This document shows positions 38,613 through 52,789 of a stretch of DNA of 64,000 bases, in pieces (the stretch's first letter is position 1; every line of letters starts with the position of its first letter). The translations under genes were made by a program, and so were the position numbers. Source of the DNA: Geosiphon pyriformis uo1 (taxonomy: Eukaryota > Fungi > Glomeromycota). The stretch spans positions 156,907-220,906 of the forward strand of contig JAAOMT010000521.1 of NCBI GenBank assembly GCA_016748015.1. The letters are read 5' to 3'. The notes under the pieces are model-generated. The model saw only the letters and a program-made list of their open reading frames with translations, made no database searches and was not told where the DNA came from.

Positions 38613-41115
38613 AAGATCTAATATTTAATTTCAGATTGAATTAGTATTCAATTTCTTTGGGTCAAAATAAATTTTATATTATATATATAATTTCTTGATT
38701 TGATTAATATTATTTATTTCATATATTTTAATTTTTTTTTAATTTGTTATAATTTGATAATATTAATTCTGTTGAGTTTTTTATATAATCTAATTTTTTA
38801 TTTTTTAAATATTTTAATATGTATATATATATATATATAATCAAAGAGTACAAACAATTGTAAATCTAAAATATGTGTTAAAGTTCTTCAGTTCATTAAT
38901 TAATACAAAGTGGTATTTTAAATGCTAAAATATATGTGATTTAAAATAAATAATATTATATTACTATTGGCTAATAAGCTTTTACTTAATATTAAAAACT
39001 TTACCAAAAACACTCAGATTATTTTTAATATTATTTAAAGTAATTTTAAGAAAATATATTAAAAAAAGCAATAACAATAAAAACAAAACTAGACACAAAA
39101 CCACAAAAAGCTTTGTAATTTTAAGAATAAAAAGAGAAAATAATTTAATAAACTTAAATTTTGTACAATAATATTTAAAAAAGCTTAAATACAAACTTTA
39201 TATGAAAATATTTTACATTATTTTTATTAATGATTTTAGTTTTAACATAAGCCAAAAAATATTATTAGATATTAAAATAAAAACCACTTATTTAAAAAAC
39301 TTTTGATATTTTATAATAATTTTTAACTATCATCAGAAACAACATTTTTTTAAAAAAAAAAAAGTGTTTTAGTTTCTAGTTAATCAGTTCAATTTTTTAT
39401 ATCAAATAATCCAATAAATAAATTAATAGAAGTTATATAGAAAAAAATAATTTTTTTAGCTTTTAGAAATGGTAATAATTGACTAAAATTCAACACATTA
39501 GAAAACAATACCAAATACAAAAAAATTTATAATTAACTTGAAAAAAGATAAAAGAATTGTTTTTTACTATTTCGGCTTTTTTTGTCATTTGAGCGACTAA
39601 AAGAAGAAAATAACAGCTTGTTTACCAGCTTATAATTGAAAACCCCGAGGCTTTTTAAGATGGTAATAATTATACTAAGACTATTTTTAATGTGTCACTT
39701 TGAAGAGACTTCAGAAGAAGAAATATTTTAATTTAAAGCCAAAAAAAAATGCTTTTAGTTTTTTTTACTCTTTGCTCCAGTTGTGGTATAAAATTACAAA
39801 AGAAAAAGGGCTTTTTATCTTTTATTTTCATTTTTATATTAAATGTTTTATTAAATATACTTATTATAATTTTTAAATTATTTATAATTAATAATATAAT
39901 ATTATAATATAATTTACAAGCATTCTTAAATCTTGTTATATATATTTAAATATTGACAAAGCTAATATGTAGCAATTTTTAAAATTATTATTCTAAATAA
40001 AAAAATTAAAGATTAAATATTATAAATAATGTATAATTAACAAAAATTAACATGAAATTATGATGAAATTTTATATACAGACTACAAAAAAGTTTTGAGT
40101 TAATATTTTGATGTAAATTACAAAATAAATAAATTAATAAAAATAAAAATATTTATTTAATAAATCTTAAAAAATTGCATAATACTGTTATGTTTATTTA
40201 TTATTATTTTATTTAAAATAATTCTTAATTTAATTGCTAAATAAATTATCGGTTTTTTATAAAACACGATTTCAAATTAAAAATTTTTTGCTTAATAACA
40301 AATTAATTTGGCAAACTCTAAATCTGATTCTTTATTTATAGTTAAAAATGGTTATTATGGAGAAAATGTAAAGTTTACCTAAATAAGATAAGGTAAAAGG
40401 GGGTAATTTGGAAAATCAAGGTTTTAGCAAAATAAAATTCGCATGCGAGAATAAAACCCATGAAAGTATGTCATTTTGATACAATCCACCACAAAATTAT
40501 TAACTTCGAAACAATACAAATACCTTACGAAACTCCAAGAAATTCGAATTTAAGCTCTTCGGCTTAAGTGCATGAAATAAATATTATTAGATAACTCAAA
40601 ATATAGGTCAAAGAGATTAACAATGATTATTTCTAAACACTTTTTTCTGTGTAACCTTAGATTTTTAACCAAATTCTCTTTTATTTTATATTTTATACGA
40701 TATTAAATAATATGATATATTTGTTAAATTCAAATTGTATGACTTATTTTTTTGACTTTAAACAAACAGATAATGTATTTCCAGAAGTTTTGTCAAAAAA
40801 AGTCATATCAATGAGCTATTGAAATAAGAAATCACCAATCAAAAGTGTAGGTTTTCATTTAAATTGACAATTAGACAATCATAGCCTCTACGCCCTTTAC
40901 AGTTATTCGATCTCCACCCGTTTAAGCAATTTAAATGAGGGATTGAAGTCGCGTCTATTTTCAGAACTTTCTAGCATTTCAGATTTCTTCAAGACCTAGC
41001 CTTTTCGGGATTGTGTGCAAACCTTATTTATTAGCAAGACGAACTCTTTAAAAATTCTTCCTTGCCCTTACAAAATATTTCAAGTTTGACAATCCATTTT
41101 TGTTACTTGAAAATA

Positions 41116-41847
41116 ATGTCTTCAACTTCATCAAACGAAAATGCAACTTCACCCCTCGATTGGTTAGAAGGAGCATTTATTGTCATCAATGAAAATTTGG
41201 CCCTATTTCCAGCTAGTGAATATTCAAAAGTTGCTGACTTGGTGAAAAAATATCTTGTACACAATCAGAAAACACCTGAAAACTTATTCAATTATTTGGA
41301 TAATAAAAGTTCAAAGCGTTCAATAGACTATATTTTGTTCGGCTTTTGTTCAGAGCATGGGATTGGAACTGTTCCCAATTTCACAAAAGCATTTTTAGAA
41401 TTCCAGAAAGCAGCGAATTCAAAAGATTCTCTTGGACAATTCTTCTTAGGACATTGTTATGAAAAGGGAATTGGTACCTCTCAAGATCAAGAAAAAGCAT
41501 TTGAACTCTATTCAAAAGCAGCAGAGGCGGGAGATACGACTGCACAAAGATCTTTTGGAAATTGTTATTTTTATGGATGGGGAACAAAGAAAAATTACGA
41601 AAAAGCCTTTGAACTCTATTCAAAAGCAGCAGAGGCGGGTAATACACTTGGACAATACAATCTTGCAATTTGTTATGCTAATGGATGGGGAACAAAGAAA
41701 AATGACGAAAAAGCATTTGACCTCTATTCAAAAGCAGCAGAGGTGGGAAATACGACTGCACAAAGATCTTTTGGAAATTGTTATTTTTATGGATGGGGAA
41801 CAAAGAAAAATCACGAAAAAGCATTTGAACTCTATTCAAACTCATAA
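41116..41847 (+). CDS. Sel1-like repeat (SLR) protein, probably C-terminally truncated
   Basis: ATG at 41116; 36-aa repeats LGHCYEKGIGTSQDQEKAFELYSKAAEAG, FGNCYFYGWGTKKNYEKAFELYSKAAEAG etc.; ends mid-repeat (ELYSNS*). Confidence 0.88.
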   Translation: MSSTSSNENATSPLDWLEGAFIVINENLALFPASEYSKVADLVKKYLVHNQKTPENLFNYLDNKSSKRSIDYILFGFCSEHGIGTVPNFTKAFLEFQKAANSKDSLGQFFLGHCYEKGIGTSQDQEKAFELYSKAAEAGDTTAQRSFGNCYFYGWGTKKNYEKAFELYSKAAEAGNTLGQYNLAICYANGWGTKKNDEKAFDLYSKAAEVGNTTAQRSFGNCYFYGWGTKKNHEKAFELYSNS

Positions 41848-43882
41848 TAAACCAAGTTCAGATAAAAATAACACTTTAATTTTAATCTATTAATATTCAC
41901 CACCACTACAAATAATAATATTAAAAATGTATTAAAAATTTTAATTTTAATTAATCAATTGTACAAAATATAAATTATGAAAATAACATAAAGCTAATTA
42001 TTTTTGTTATAACTTGTTTAAACAACTTTTTAAGCTTAAAAAAAAGCAGGTTATGTTAATTTCTTTCTGAAAAAAAATATCAAAAAAGGTTGCATTAATT
42101 ATTTATAATTAAAAATGTCATTAAATTTATAATATATAGAAAGTATATTTTATTTTGAAATTTTTATATATATTGATATAGCATGTAGGTTTCAAAATAA
42201 ATTGTTAAATAAACAATTTTTTTGTAACTTTGAAAAAATTCAGTTTTATATTGAGTTTACTTTTTACCATAATTTCTTGGTTAATAATATTTAATTTTTT
42301 TCATTTTTTTATGTAGATTCTTTTCATATTAAAGAAATTATCACTAAATTGTTAACTCTTATCCGATTATTTTTATCTTCAAATTTTCAAATTTATTTTT
42401 TATATCAGACATTTACACATGTGAAGACAGATGTTTTGGAAGCACATTTAATCAAACGAATAAAGACTATCTTGTTATCGTCAATAATAATTTTGTAAAA
42501 GTTACACAGTAAAATCAAGTCCTTAAGAATTCTAGAAATGTTTAGCAATTTAAATATAGATATATGTACATTTTTTAGTTTTTTACTTTCTAGGAAATTT
42601 ATATTAAAAATTAATTATTCATTTATTCATCCATTTGTTCGTTTATTCATTTTTTTTTGAATGTTTGAAAGGATAAAAAGAATTCATGCAGGTAAGGCGG
42701 TTTATTGTTTGATTTTTATTAGAAATTCTCGATTGTCATTATTTATCTAAAATACTTACCCTGATTGGACTACTTGCAAATATTGATAACCTAGATTTTT
42801 TATGTTTTGAAGTATGTCAACTTGGTTTTATTAATGTCCCAATATCCGGAAGAGCTAAATATTTATTTTTTTGTAAAGTAATATTGTTAATTTTGTAAAT
42901 AAAAATATTCTGCAACTGATTTTTCAAATACTTTTTAACCAAATGAGAAATTTCATGTTTGATCAAGTCAAAATATCTAACATTATTTATTTTTCAACTA
43001 GATTATTTATTATCAAAATGCTTTTCGTGTATGATATTATAATTTTAATGAAGCCTTTATAAGCTCAATAATTCTAAGTTTAATTTTATTACTCTAATCT
43101 ATAGTGCCTTGATTTGGTTCCATTTTCAATCACATGTTTACCGATTTAACATTATGAAACAAATAAATTAACTCTCTTTAAATGGACATTTAGTCAATTT
43201 GTCTTTATAATTTAAATGTTTTTTTTTTTAATTTAAATATAAGATAATTGACTATTAATCAAAACTTTTTATTTATATATTATTTTTTACTTAAATATTT
43301 GAATTGATGTATAAACAATGATTTTTGAAAATGTATTTTTTGAGTTAATGATGATAAAAATTTTTATAAAAAACTTATAATATTAATAATAATAACAAAA
43401 CTTATATCTGGTCACCTTTTCATCTGCGATCACAAATGGGTATAAAATTCAGTGCTGATTTGAATTTGTTGAAAACACATTTCTTTAGGGACTGCATATT
43501 AAAATATCAATATTTTTTAGCAAATTTTTACGGTTTGTCCAATCATTCACTGATTGGTCAGGGAATCACCTGATGTCAAATTTTAGCTGTCGCACTCTCT
43601 AGTAATTGGGTTAAGAGGGAAAAAATACCATTATCTTTGCTAAACCTAATATTTCACGTAAATTTTTCAGATAACTCTCATGTAAGGGTTTTCATTTGCT
43701 TCAAAATATTTTGGCTATTATAAATTTATATACAAAAAAATATTTTTTTTATTAATAACTTTAAAATTAACTTGAATGCATAAAAAATTGGCGTTATTTT
43801 ATGTTAACTTTATATTTAGTTTTCAAATTTTAACACTCACAGTGAGATCACATTTTCAAAATTGTGGAAATATTATTCTCTA

Positions 43883-45263
43883 TTAGAAAAAATATAAAAT
43901 AACCCATAAAGTAACCATAGCGAGCCCCGCCCCTAAAAAAGCTAATTTCAAGATACCAGTAGAATATTTCACTTTCTCCCGACTCTTCTTCATATAACCC
44001 AACCAGTCGGCCTTTTCTACAATGCGTATTGAATCACCTTCCATCACTAATTGCAGAAACTCCGATCTTTCGATTTCGTTAGGAGCATTCAAATAATTCA
44101 TTGGGATTCTTGTGAGAAAATTATTAATTTGTGTCGTAGTGAGGGACTGATCTTTTTGTAAATTACGACGACACGATTGAATTGCGAAAGTCAAAGGAAT
44201 ATCGAAACTGGTGATTATCATGGTTGATGTGGATGGAGAGAGGTGTTCGTATTGAAGTTGAAAATCACGATCATTTGAATTTACTTGGATCTTTACTGCA
44301 AGTCCTTTAGGTATAATATCAATTTCTAAAGCAATTTTTCAAATTCAATAGAAGATTAACTTTTACTTTTAAACCAGAAATTCTCTTCTTAAATTTAAAT
44401 CCAAAATTTTAAATTTCAAAATACAAACCTTCAACCCTACTTTTTTTCAACTGTCGAGAATAAGTTTCAACTCCAATTTCTTTGTCGAGATTCGCAATAG
44501 TTAATTGAATTTTACGATCAAACTCTTCTAAAATCTCAAAAGTGCCACCATTTTCATCAGTAAAAAATCCTACAATCACATCAAGAAATGAGCCTTTGGT
44601 CTCAGAATCTTTGAATTCCGATTTGACTTTTGGAACAAATTTCTTGAATTCATGGGCCAAAATTTTTGTTCTTTGTCCGGATCTTTCGTCCGAATGAATT
44701 TTGATATCTACATTTTTTAAAAAAACAATCGCTTGAATTCCATATACTGATGTTAACTCAATTCGAATTAATCCCGAAATTCCAAATTTTTCTTCTGACT
44801 CGGTTTGGCAGCAATCGGTTTTTATGGTAAATTTAGGCATAAGAAGTGAGGATTGATCTATGAATGAGGTAATCAGTGTTCTTTCACTCTCTGAAAATTC
44901 TAGATTTAGCCTCTTTCTAAAACCATTCTCGGATTGATTCTGAACCCTATCAACGAGGTAAAATTTTTCCACTTCAAAAATAGTTTCCAAAATCCAATTA
45001 TCCTGTTTAACACCAGTCCATTTAAATCTAAGGATACCCCAATCAAGGGTAAGATGCATCCCTTCGATACGGCAAAATTTCATTCTTTGAGCCTCGTGTA
45101 TGGAATATTTAATCTTAGTATTTTGATATTTACGTTCTTGTAATGAAATCCAATTCATGCATTCGATTGATTTCAATTCTATCACACGGCGTTTATTGGC
45201 CAGTGCGGTAAAGAATAGCTGGCAGAGGGTTAGGGTTAGACCGGCATTGTCAAAGATTTCCAT
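43883..45263 (-). CDS. Hypothetical ~425-aa protein with C-terminal transmembrane helix (tail-anchored candidate)
   Basis: Exons 45263-44429 and 44325-43883 join in frame; ends ILKLAFLGAGLAMVTLWVILYFF*. No domain recognised. Confidence 0.8.
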
Positions 45264-45655
45264 TTTTTATCAGGAGTGAATATTTTATCAAGTTATTATG
45301 TGGCAGCAGTTATCTCAAGAAAAGATTTTATCAAAGAGAAACCATTTTCAATTGACAGGTGATGCCTCCAATTATCTGCATATGACACTTCCCTGAAAGA
45401 GAATTTTGTGTTTCCAAGGATTAGCAAAATTTCAAGCTAAACTACTTCAAGTTATCCAACGAGCCTATCATTATACATACCCAAAGTGATCATCGGGATT
45501 AAAATTTTTTTTTGCTATCTCTTTATTTATATTATTGTGTATTTCGAATTATAAATATCTTTTAAAGATCATCTTTTTCGGAAATAAATGAATGTTTCAT
45601 CAGAACAATTATTTAATTTTGAGCCATAATTGAACAAGCAATCCAATTTTTTAAT

Positions 45656-47151
45656 ATGATCCCAAAAGAAAAATCTCGCGAGCGTAATTACAATACCTCA
45701 ATCAATGGGATTTTTTTTTATGCTTTTTCATTTCTCTTATATCTATCTCTTATTTTATTATGCATTTCATTTTCACAAAGATATTCTCATCTGTCCAAGA
45801 CAAGATTTGTAATGACGAATAACTTGGAAATTCAATGGCAAAAATTCAATCAATCAAAAATTTCAATAGAAAATTACTTCAAGACGAAACGTTCCACATT
45901 ATATCCAGCAAAAAAGCCAGCCATACGTCTGAACCCAATCACAAGATCAATGGCTTACTTGATTAACCAGGCGTATTGTCAAGCTCAAACAAAATCTCAA
46001 AATCAAGAAGGTGAAAAGAAAATTATATTTTTTGTGTGGTGTCTTTTCTTTTGATGATTAACATTTAAAAATTATTCTGGAAATTTCTACTAGTTTTGAT
46101 TTATACCAAAGTAATTGGAAAAGGATTGGTAATAATTTTTGTCGGTGAGTCATTTTAATAAAAGTATCTTGAAAACTTGATGATGAACAATTTTCTAAAG
46201 TTGATATTTTTCTTTATTTGCATGGCTTTATTTGAATCAGGCCGTCTCTATACAAAAGAGCAATGGGCAAGCTTTCAACCAAATTTTGTTCCCTTTGTTG
46301 CTGAAGGTCTCGAGCCAAATAAATTAGTTTTAGTTAATGAAGATTGGTATAATACTGTGAAAAGTATAAGGGGCTCTTTATATAAAAAAATTAATTCAAA
46401 TCTCTTTGATTATTATCCTAATATTGAAAGAATTTATTTTATTGGACACGGCGTTGGTGGTGGTGAGATTTAAAATCTCAAAAATCAATTTTTATTTCTC
46501 TTGAATTGATTTTTCAATTTAAAACTCTAACGTAATATTATTTTAAATATTTTATAGCTTATGCAGCAATTGCAAGCCTGCTTTGGAAATTAGAATATTA
46601 TAAATCAAATCACCGTAAAAAATCATATTTTGATCAGTGGGCTAATATTAAAGCTATCACATTTGGAGCTCCAAGGCTTGGAAATGTCCCTTTTGCAAAA
46701 TTCATGAACCTCATATTAGAAGTTAAGAGGTTCACTTTGGGAAATGATCATGTGCCACATTTTCCTCCATCCCAATACAAGCATTTGATTTTAGGACATT
46801 CAGAAACTGAAATTTGGATCGAAATTCTAGATTGTGATTGTAATGAATCGAAGGAAAATTATTGGGAGTGTCAAGGATTTGATCATGGTGCTAAACTATG
46901 GAAACAAGTTGCGAGGTCATTTGACAAGATTTCATGGGATGCTGGATATTTTGGAGAGAATCAGGTTAATTTTGAATATCATTTTAATATTTTGATAAAT
47001 CAAAATAGGCATATAATTATTTTGGTAAATTTCTCAGGAATGCAATATCGGACAATCAATCGTTAACGTTCCAGGATATTTCATACACAGTGGACCTTAT
47101 GGTGGGTACACGATAGATGATTGTGATTCCACTAAATCCTACGAGATTTGA
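45656..47151 (+). CDS. Class-3 lipase-like protein L5, motif GHGVGG (Ser->Gly)
   Basis: Exons 45656-46010, 46094-46144, 46241-46462, 46558-46964, 47038-47151. TM/signal anchor, INQAYC, IFVGR, GHGVGG, TFGAPRLGN, NDHVPHFPP, HSGPYGG. Confidence 0.9.
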
Positions 47152-47643
47152 AATAAAGCATTCCAGATATATTTATATGGGTCAGCTTAGATTAAGCCCT
47201 AAAGTTCAAGTAACTCTGTGTGATTAATTGAAGATAATGGGTTAAATTAGGAAGGGATAAATATTTTAAAAGCATATATGTCAAAAAAATTAATATTTTT
47301 TTGGGAAATATAAAAGTCTTCGTATGAATAAATTAAGAGATTTTTGAATTTTTTTCTTAATTCGAGATTTTGAATGTTTTGTGGAATTTTCATTTCGCTC
47401 ACAAGCATGTTTGTTTGAATTTTTTGTGAAATCATTAAATTCTGCAGTACAGGCAATTTTTAAGACTTTAAAAGTTGAGACTCGAATAAAAATAGGGCAA
47501 GAATTATTTAAGGAGATCTTGAGGAATTTTTTCACCCATTATATAATTTATTACCATCCAGAAGTAATTCCAATAATTTGAGATAGACAACCTAATTAGA
47601 GATTCTTTGGTTGAATAATTCGGTTCTCATTATCTATTAAATT

Positions 47644-49057
47644 TTATATTGAAAAGTTACTGCAATCATTCATTGTCACACCAAAATATGGCCCCATATG
47701 AGGTACCTCATCCTCATCAGAAATTATTTGCCCTGCGTTACATTCCTAGAGAATTGAGAATCAATTTCAGATAAAAATAGATATATATATATATATATAT
47801 TTAATATATTCTAATGGATCACTTTTGAACAAAGCATACCTCGTTTTCACCAAAACTTACTCTACTAGGATATAAATTATCCATTGAAAGCTCATCTCTC
47901 TCCCAATTATAACCCTTACACAAAAACAGATTAAGCCCATCAATCTGTGGAACATCTTGGGAACATTCACAAGATGTCTCTCCCAGCCAAAGCTCTGTCT
48001 CATGATGACTTAAAAAATGTACGAAATATTTTCGTGGTGGATAATGTGGCAAAAAATCATTTGTATGTGTGATGCGATTTACAATGAGTTTCTCATTGAT
48101 TAATTGAGCTAAACGAGTGTTTCCAATACGTGGTTGACCAAATGTGACTACTTGATAGCCGCTTGAAGAGTAGAAACCTTTTGGATAGTCAAAGTCGGTT
48201 TCGATTTTCCATAAAAGTGCTGAAATAACCGCATAGGCTGATTTAAAATTCCTGCTATTAATAACAAATCTTAACTCAGAATAATCAGTTCACTCATCCT
48301 CATCTCACCTCCTCCAACACCATGCCCAATAAAGTATACTATTGCCGGATTTTCTTCCAATATGAACTGGCGTATTTTATTAAACATTTTATCTTTTATG
48401 CTTAACACTTCGTCAAACCATAAACGATCAATCTGTAAAGAAGGATTTAAACGCAATCTGTCGACAATAAATGGAACTAGAGAATTTCGTCTTGTGGCAA
48501 GTTGAGCTTTTGTCCATAAATCACCTTTGAAATAAACTATTATATCTCGTGAGCTTAAGTCTCTTACCACATTGGCTACCAGGGGAATTTAAAATTCTGT
48601 GAGTGGTTTTGAGAGTAAACCTTATTTAAATTTGAATCAATTAATTTTTTTATTTCTTACCTACAATCAAATCATTAGCTATAAGATGCTCGATTCCATT
48701 ATTCACAACACAATATCCTAGATTGGCATATGACGCATGTCGTCCCATTCGTGCAAGATATCCAATCGAAAGGTCAGTCAAAATTTGTTTTGGTGGATGT
48801 CCAGGTAGTTGGTTAGTACGCTTTGTAAAATTAGAAAAAAAGGCATGAGAAGTTTTGAGATTATTGTTTTGAGCTTTTTCGAGGAAATTATTAGGCCATA
48901 TCGTGTCAAAATGAAATTTCAGTTTGTTTAAATCTAAATAGGGTAAAAAAATCAGAATGATAAGTAAATTTATTAGATATTTCTTCCATTGAACTTTCTT
49001 GAAATCGCCTAACATAGGGTAATATTTTCGTTGCAGTAGAAAAATCATTGTAATCAT
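47644..49057 (-). CDS. Class-3 lipase-like protein L6, motif GHGVGG (Ser->Gly), 4 exons
   Basis: Exons ~49057-48661, 48575-48309, 48237-47841, 47745-47644. YANLGYC, YFKGD, GHGVGG, TFGQPRIGN, THTNDFLPHYPP, HMGPYFG. Start codon choice uncertain. Confidence 0.9.
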
Positions 49058-49466
49058 CTTTTTTTCATTACTTAAGGTGAAGGATATCAAACTATAAAAT
49101 TTTCCTAAATTCTAAAACTAGATGTTTTTAAATTTGATTGCCGGATATCGTGATATATTATGATTATTAATCATGGCATTTTTCAGGATTTTAAAAGAAT
49201 CTTGGTTCTAATCTTGGTTTGCTTTTTAATTAATTAAAGTTATCAAAAGTCCATATAGATCGATGGGAACGGTGAAATGATAAAATCAAGATTCTATTAT
49301 TTTTAATCAAAGATTGCTTTGCCAAGTTTTTAATTTTCGGTAATTAGTTAAAATTGAGTAGACTTATGATATTTGAAAGCTGCTCTTTTAATTTAAATCA
49401 TTCTTATCAAATTAGTGTAATTTTAAAGTATTTTTATGAGTTGGAATTTCAAAAACGCCTTAAAAA

Positions 49467-51029
49467 TCAAATATCAAAGAATAATTGAATATTATTCGGA
49501 CTACAATCATTCATTGTTACCCCAAAATATGGTCCTTTATGTATAAAATCACCCGGTACATTATCGATTGACTGACCAGCATTGCATTCCTTGAATCAAA
49601 AATAATAAAAATAAGTTCGCTTCAATTGACCTCTAGCTATCAGTAACAATATTTATCAAGACTAACCTCATTTTCTCCAGACATAATCATGTCCCCCTCC
49701 GGGTACAAGAGTTTGGGATAAAACTCATGGTGTTTCCAATTTTTTTCGCCATAGTCAAACCCTCTACACTCATAGAATGAATATTCTCCATTATTTTCCT
49801 CTGTTAAACACTCACATGAACTTGGCAAGATCCAATATTCTGTCTCAAAATGTTCCAAAAGGATATTTCCAACCTCATGCGGGGGAAAATGTGGAACGTA
49901 ATCGTTAAAATAGGTGATTCGTTGAACTTTCAATAGTTGATTGACCAGTCGGGCAAATACAACGTTACCCATCCTCGGGGCACCGAATGTAATTGTTGAG
50001 ATTTTCAAGGCAGAAAATTTAATTTGAGGATATTTACGAAGACTGTCCATCAACAATGATTCAATTCTCCATGTCAATCCAGCGATTGTTGCATAAGCTG
50101 TAAATTTTTTTTGGAATTTTAGTAATTTTTTCCTTTAAATTTTTATAACTTTTTTTCATTGTAAAACGTACCACCACCAATTGCATGTCCCACAAAGAAG
50201 ATTCTTTGAGCTGGCAATTGAGCATTTAACCTGGCGATTAGTCCATTGAGAATTGCACTAAATACCAAACCATGAACAGCTAAAAAATCGTTTTGCCATT
50301 CTTTCTCGACCAGAACCAATTGATTAGGTCGGATTTGTTCTATTTCATAGGGTACTAGTTGAGTGCTTCGAGTCGCCCATTGATCTTTTGTCAGTTCAGG
50401 TCCTTTGATTAGTGAATTCAATAATTCAACATATTATTTCTCATTTCATTAGAATTTATTGTTGATGATGATGAAAATTTTGATTTACATAAATTTTGTT
50501 ACCCTTAAAGTATACAATCAATGTTCTGCTGAATTCTTCTAAATCCATACCAACTTCAAGATAGAATAACAAGACTAATTAAATTAGCCTTTTATAATTT
50601 TCAAATTTAACTAAATAATTTAAAACCTTCCAAACGGCTATTAGGATTTGCCGGTGGTATTCCGTCCGCTGGGCAATATATAAGATTGGCGTAATGCGCC
50701 GTCAACTTTAATTCACGAAAAAAATTAATATCCTGTTTAAGATCAATCAATTGTTTTGATTTTCCATTCAATGCACGATTATTGAGTAATATCGAGGAAA
50801 TAGGACCAGGACCAGGGATTGATGATAAGATTGATTTATAAAATTCTTGACTTAGATTATAATGTATATTCGCCTGTTTCAAACTTTTTAAACTCGGCCA
50901 TGATAAAAATTGTACTTTTAAAGATTGATGAGTTTGAATAAAAATTGAAAAACTTTTATAGAATAAAATTAAAAGGGAAAATATCAATAATATTATTAAG
51001 AAATTTGTGGTATTGAAAATTTTGTACAT
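49467..51029 (-). CDS. Class-3 lipase-like protein L7, motif GHAIGG (Ser->Ala); inverted paralogue of L3
   Basis: Same 5-exon layout as L3; GHAIGG (Ala codon 50182-50184), TFGAPRMGN, NDYVPHFPP, HKGPYFG; stop at 49467-49469. Confidence 0.9.
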
Positions 51030-52789
51030 TTCAAATTTTTTTCCTGCTAGATCTTGAAGTATCCGGAATCCAAAAAATAAAAGTTATTTATATAAACACA
51101 CGGAATATACAGTTTGTTTGACAGGCATCAAGGATCTACTTGCTAACAAACAAATGAATTTTGATAGAGGGTATCTCGTGTTTTTATGAAGCTTTTTTGA
51201 GGTTTTTAATATTTAGCATTGATTTTAATCTTTTAAAATCAAATGTGAAAGGTCTTGGAACGAATGAAAATAAAGGCTAAAATTGAGAGAAAAGTAATGT
51301 TTATTTTTTTTACTTTGAAAAAATTAGATGCATAATAATCAGTTTCTCTATGACATGAAAAAATCAATCTATAGTCCAAAACTGACTCAACCAATATCCA
51401 AAAAGCTAGGGAAAGAAATCAAATAAATGAAAGCTTGTATTTGTGAAACACCAAAAAAATATTTCTAATAGTCAAATACTTTAAAACACAGTTTAAGATC
51501 ATAAATACATAATAAATATCTTTAAAAAGCAATACTCCCGCTTCAAATATAAAGAAGCATTTATCTTTCTTTTTAAAAGAGATGATGAAAAAACGGTCTA
51601 TTTTACATTGAAAGTTGATTTTTAACTAAACATAAATCAATTTTTATATTTAAAAAAGTTATAATAGAGCTATACATATTAAAAGCGAACAAGTATTTTT
51701 TAATAAATTTTAACAAAAAAAGGAAAATAGAATTAAAGGCATTTTTTCTTGATAAGTTTATGTTATTTTTTGTTTTGCTGTTTTGTGATGACTACTTTAA
51801 ATCTTATTTTTTCTTTCTGCGCCCACTCATATCTGCTCGCTTTCCATTGAAAGACATTTCGGGTGTGTATTATTATATAAATTATTGAATAATTTACACC
51901 GACCTAGAGTGTTTTCCATTTTTAATTTGGTTAATATAAATTTAATTTTCTTGCAGTGATTGGAAGGAAGCGGTATTTTGAAAAAAAAAAATTTTTTATC
52001 AAAGATTATTGGAAAAGAAAACCATATTTAAAAGTTTCATTTGAACGAAGCAATTTTCATGATATCCAATTTACTATCTATTTTCAGAATAAAAACTATT
52101 TTTTATAACTAAGAATATAAGATTACGCATGTATTTTAAATAAATATTAATTGTAAGAAGTATGAGATGACATAATTAATATTTTGTAACGAAAAGACTA
52201 ATAAAATTATTGTCAAAAAAATACTCATCTAAATTTGCCAGATTTATTTTTTGCCTAGTTCATGACTTTTACCTTCAAACAACATCCGTTAAAAATTCTT
52301 TATAATCAATTTAAGTAAAAGATTTATAACTTTAAAACTTCAATTAAAATTCTATTGAAATAATAAGCATATTTTTTTTATAAATTAAATATAAAGAAAT
52401 AACGAGACTTGAGAATATTTATTAGAAGTTAATAAAAGATAAACCGATTTGATAAGGAGCAAGCTACACCTTATATAAATTTCGCAATCTTTTAGAAAGT
52501 ATTGAAAATTTCATAAAACTTGATTTCATATCTTTTTTTATTACTAAGAACAACTGTTATTGGTAGAATTATAATTTCAAATAGTATCTGTCAAAAAAAT
52601 AAAAAAAAGATTATTGTCAATTGTAGGTTCTGTAATTAACCAAAAATATATATTTCCTATACTTGAAACATCAAAGGCAACCAAATTTATTTGCCATTTG
52701 AACCAGTCTTTTTAAAAAAAATGGTATTTGCATTTAGTTTTAATCATTGAAAGTTTTTTTTGTATTTCGTCTTGTGAAAATTTGAGCTT

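Noticed and set aside
41381-41893. Overlapping ORFs 41381-41668 and 41459-41893 (also 14578-14975, 44934-45143, 63498-63743)
   Set aside because: Alternative-frame or antisense shadows of real genes.
42752-42763. ATACTTACCCTG resembling the U1 snRNA 5' end
   Set aside because: Imperfect match; no U1 stem-loops or Sm site follow.
45227-45240. AGGGTTAGGGTTAG telomere-like repeat
   Set aside because: Only ~2 units, inside codons for LTLTL of the minus-strand gene.
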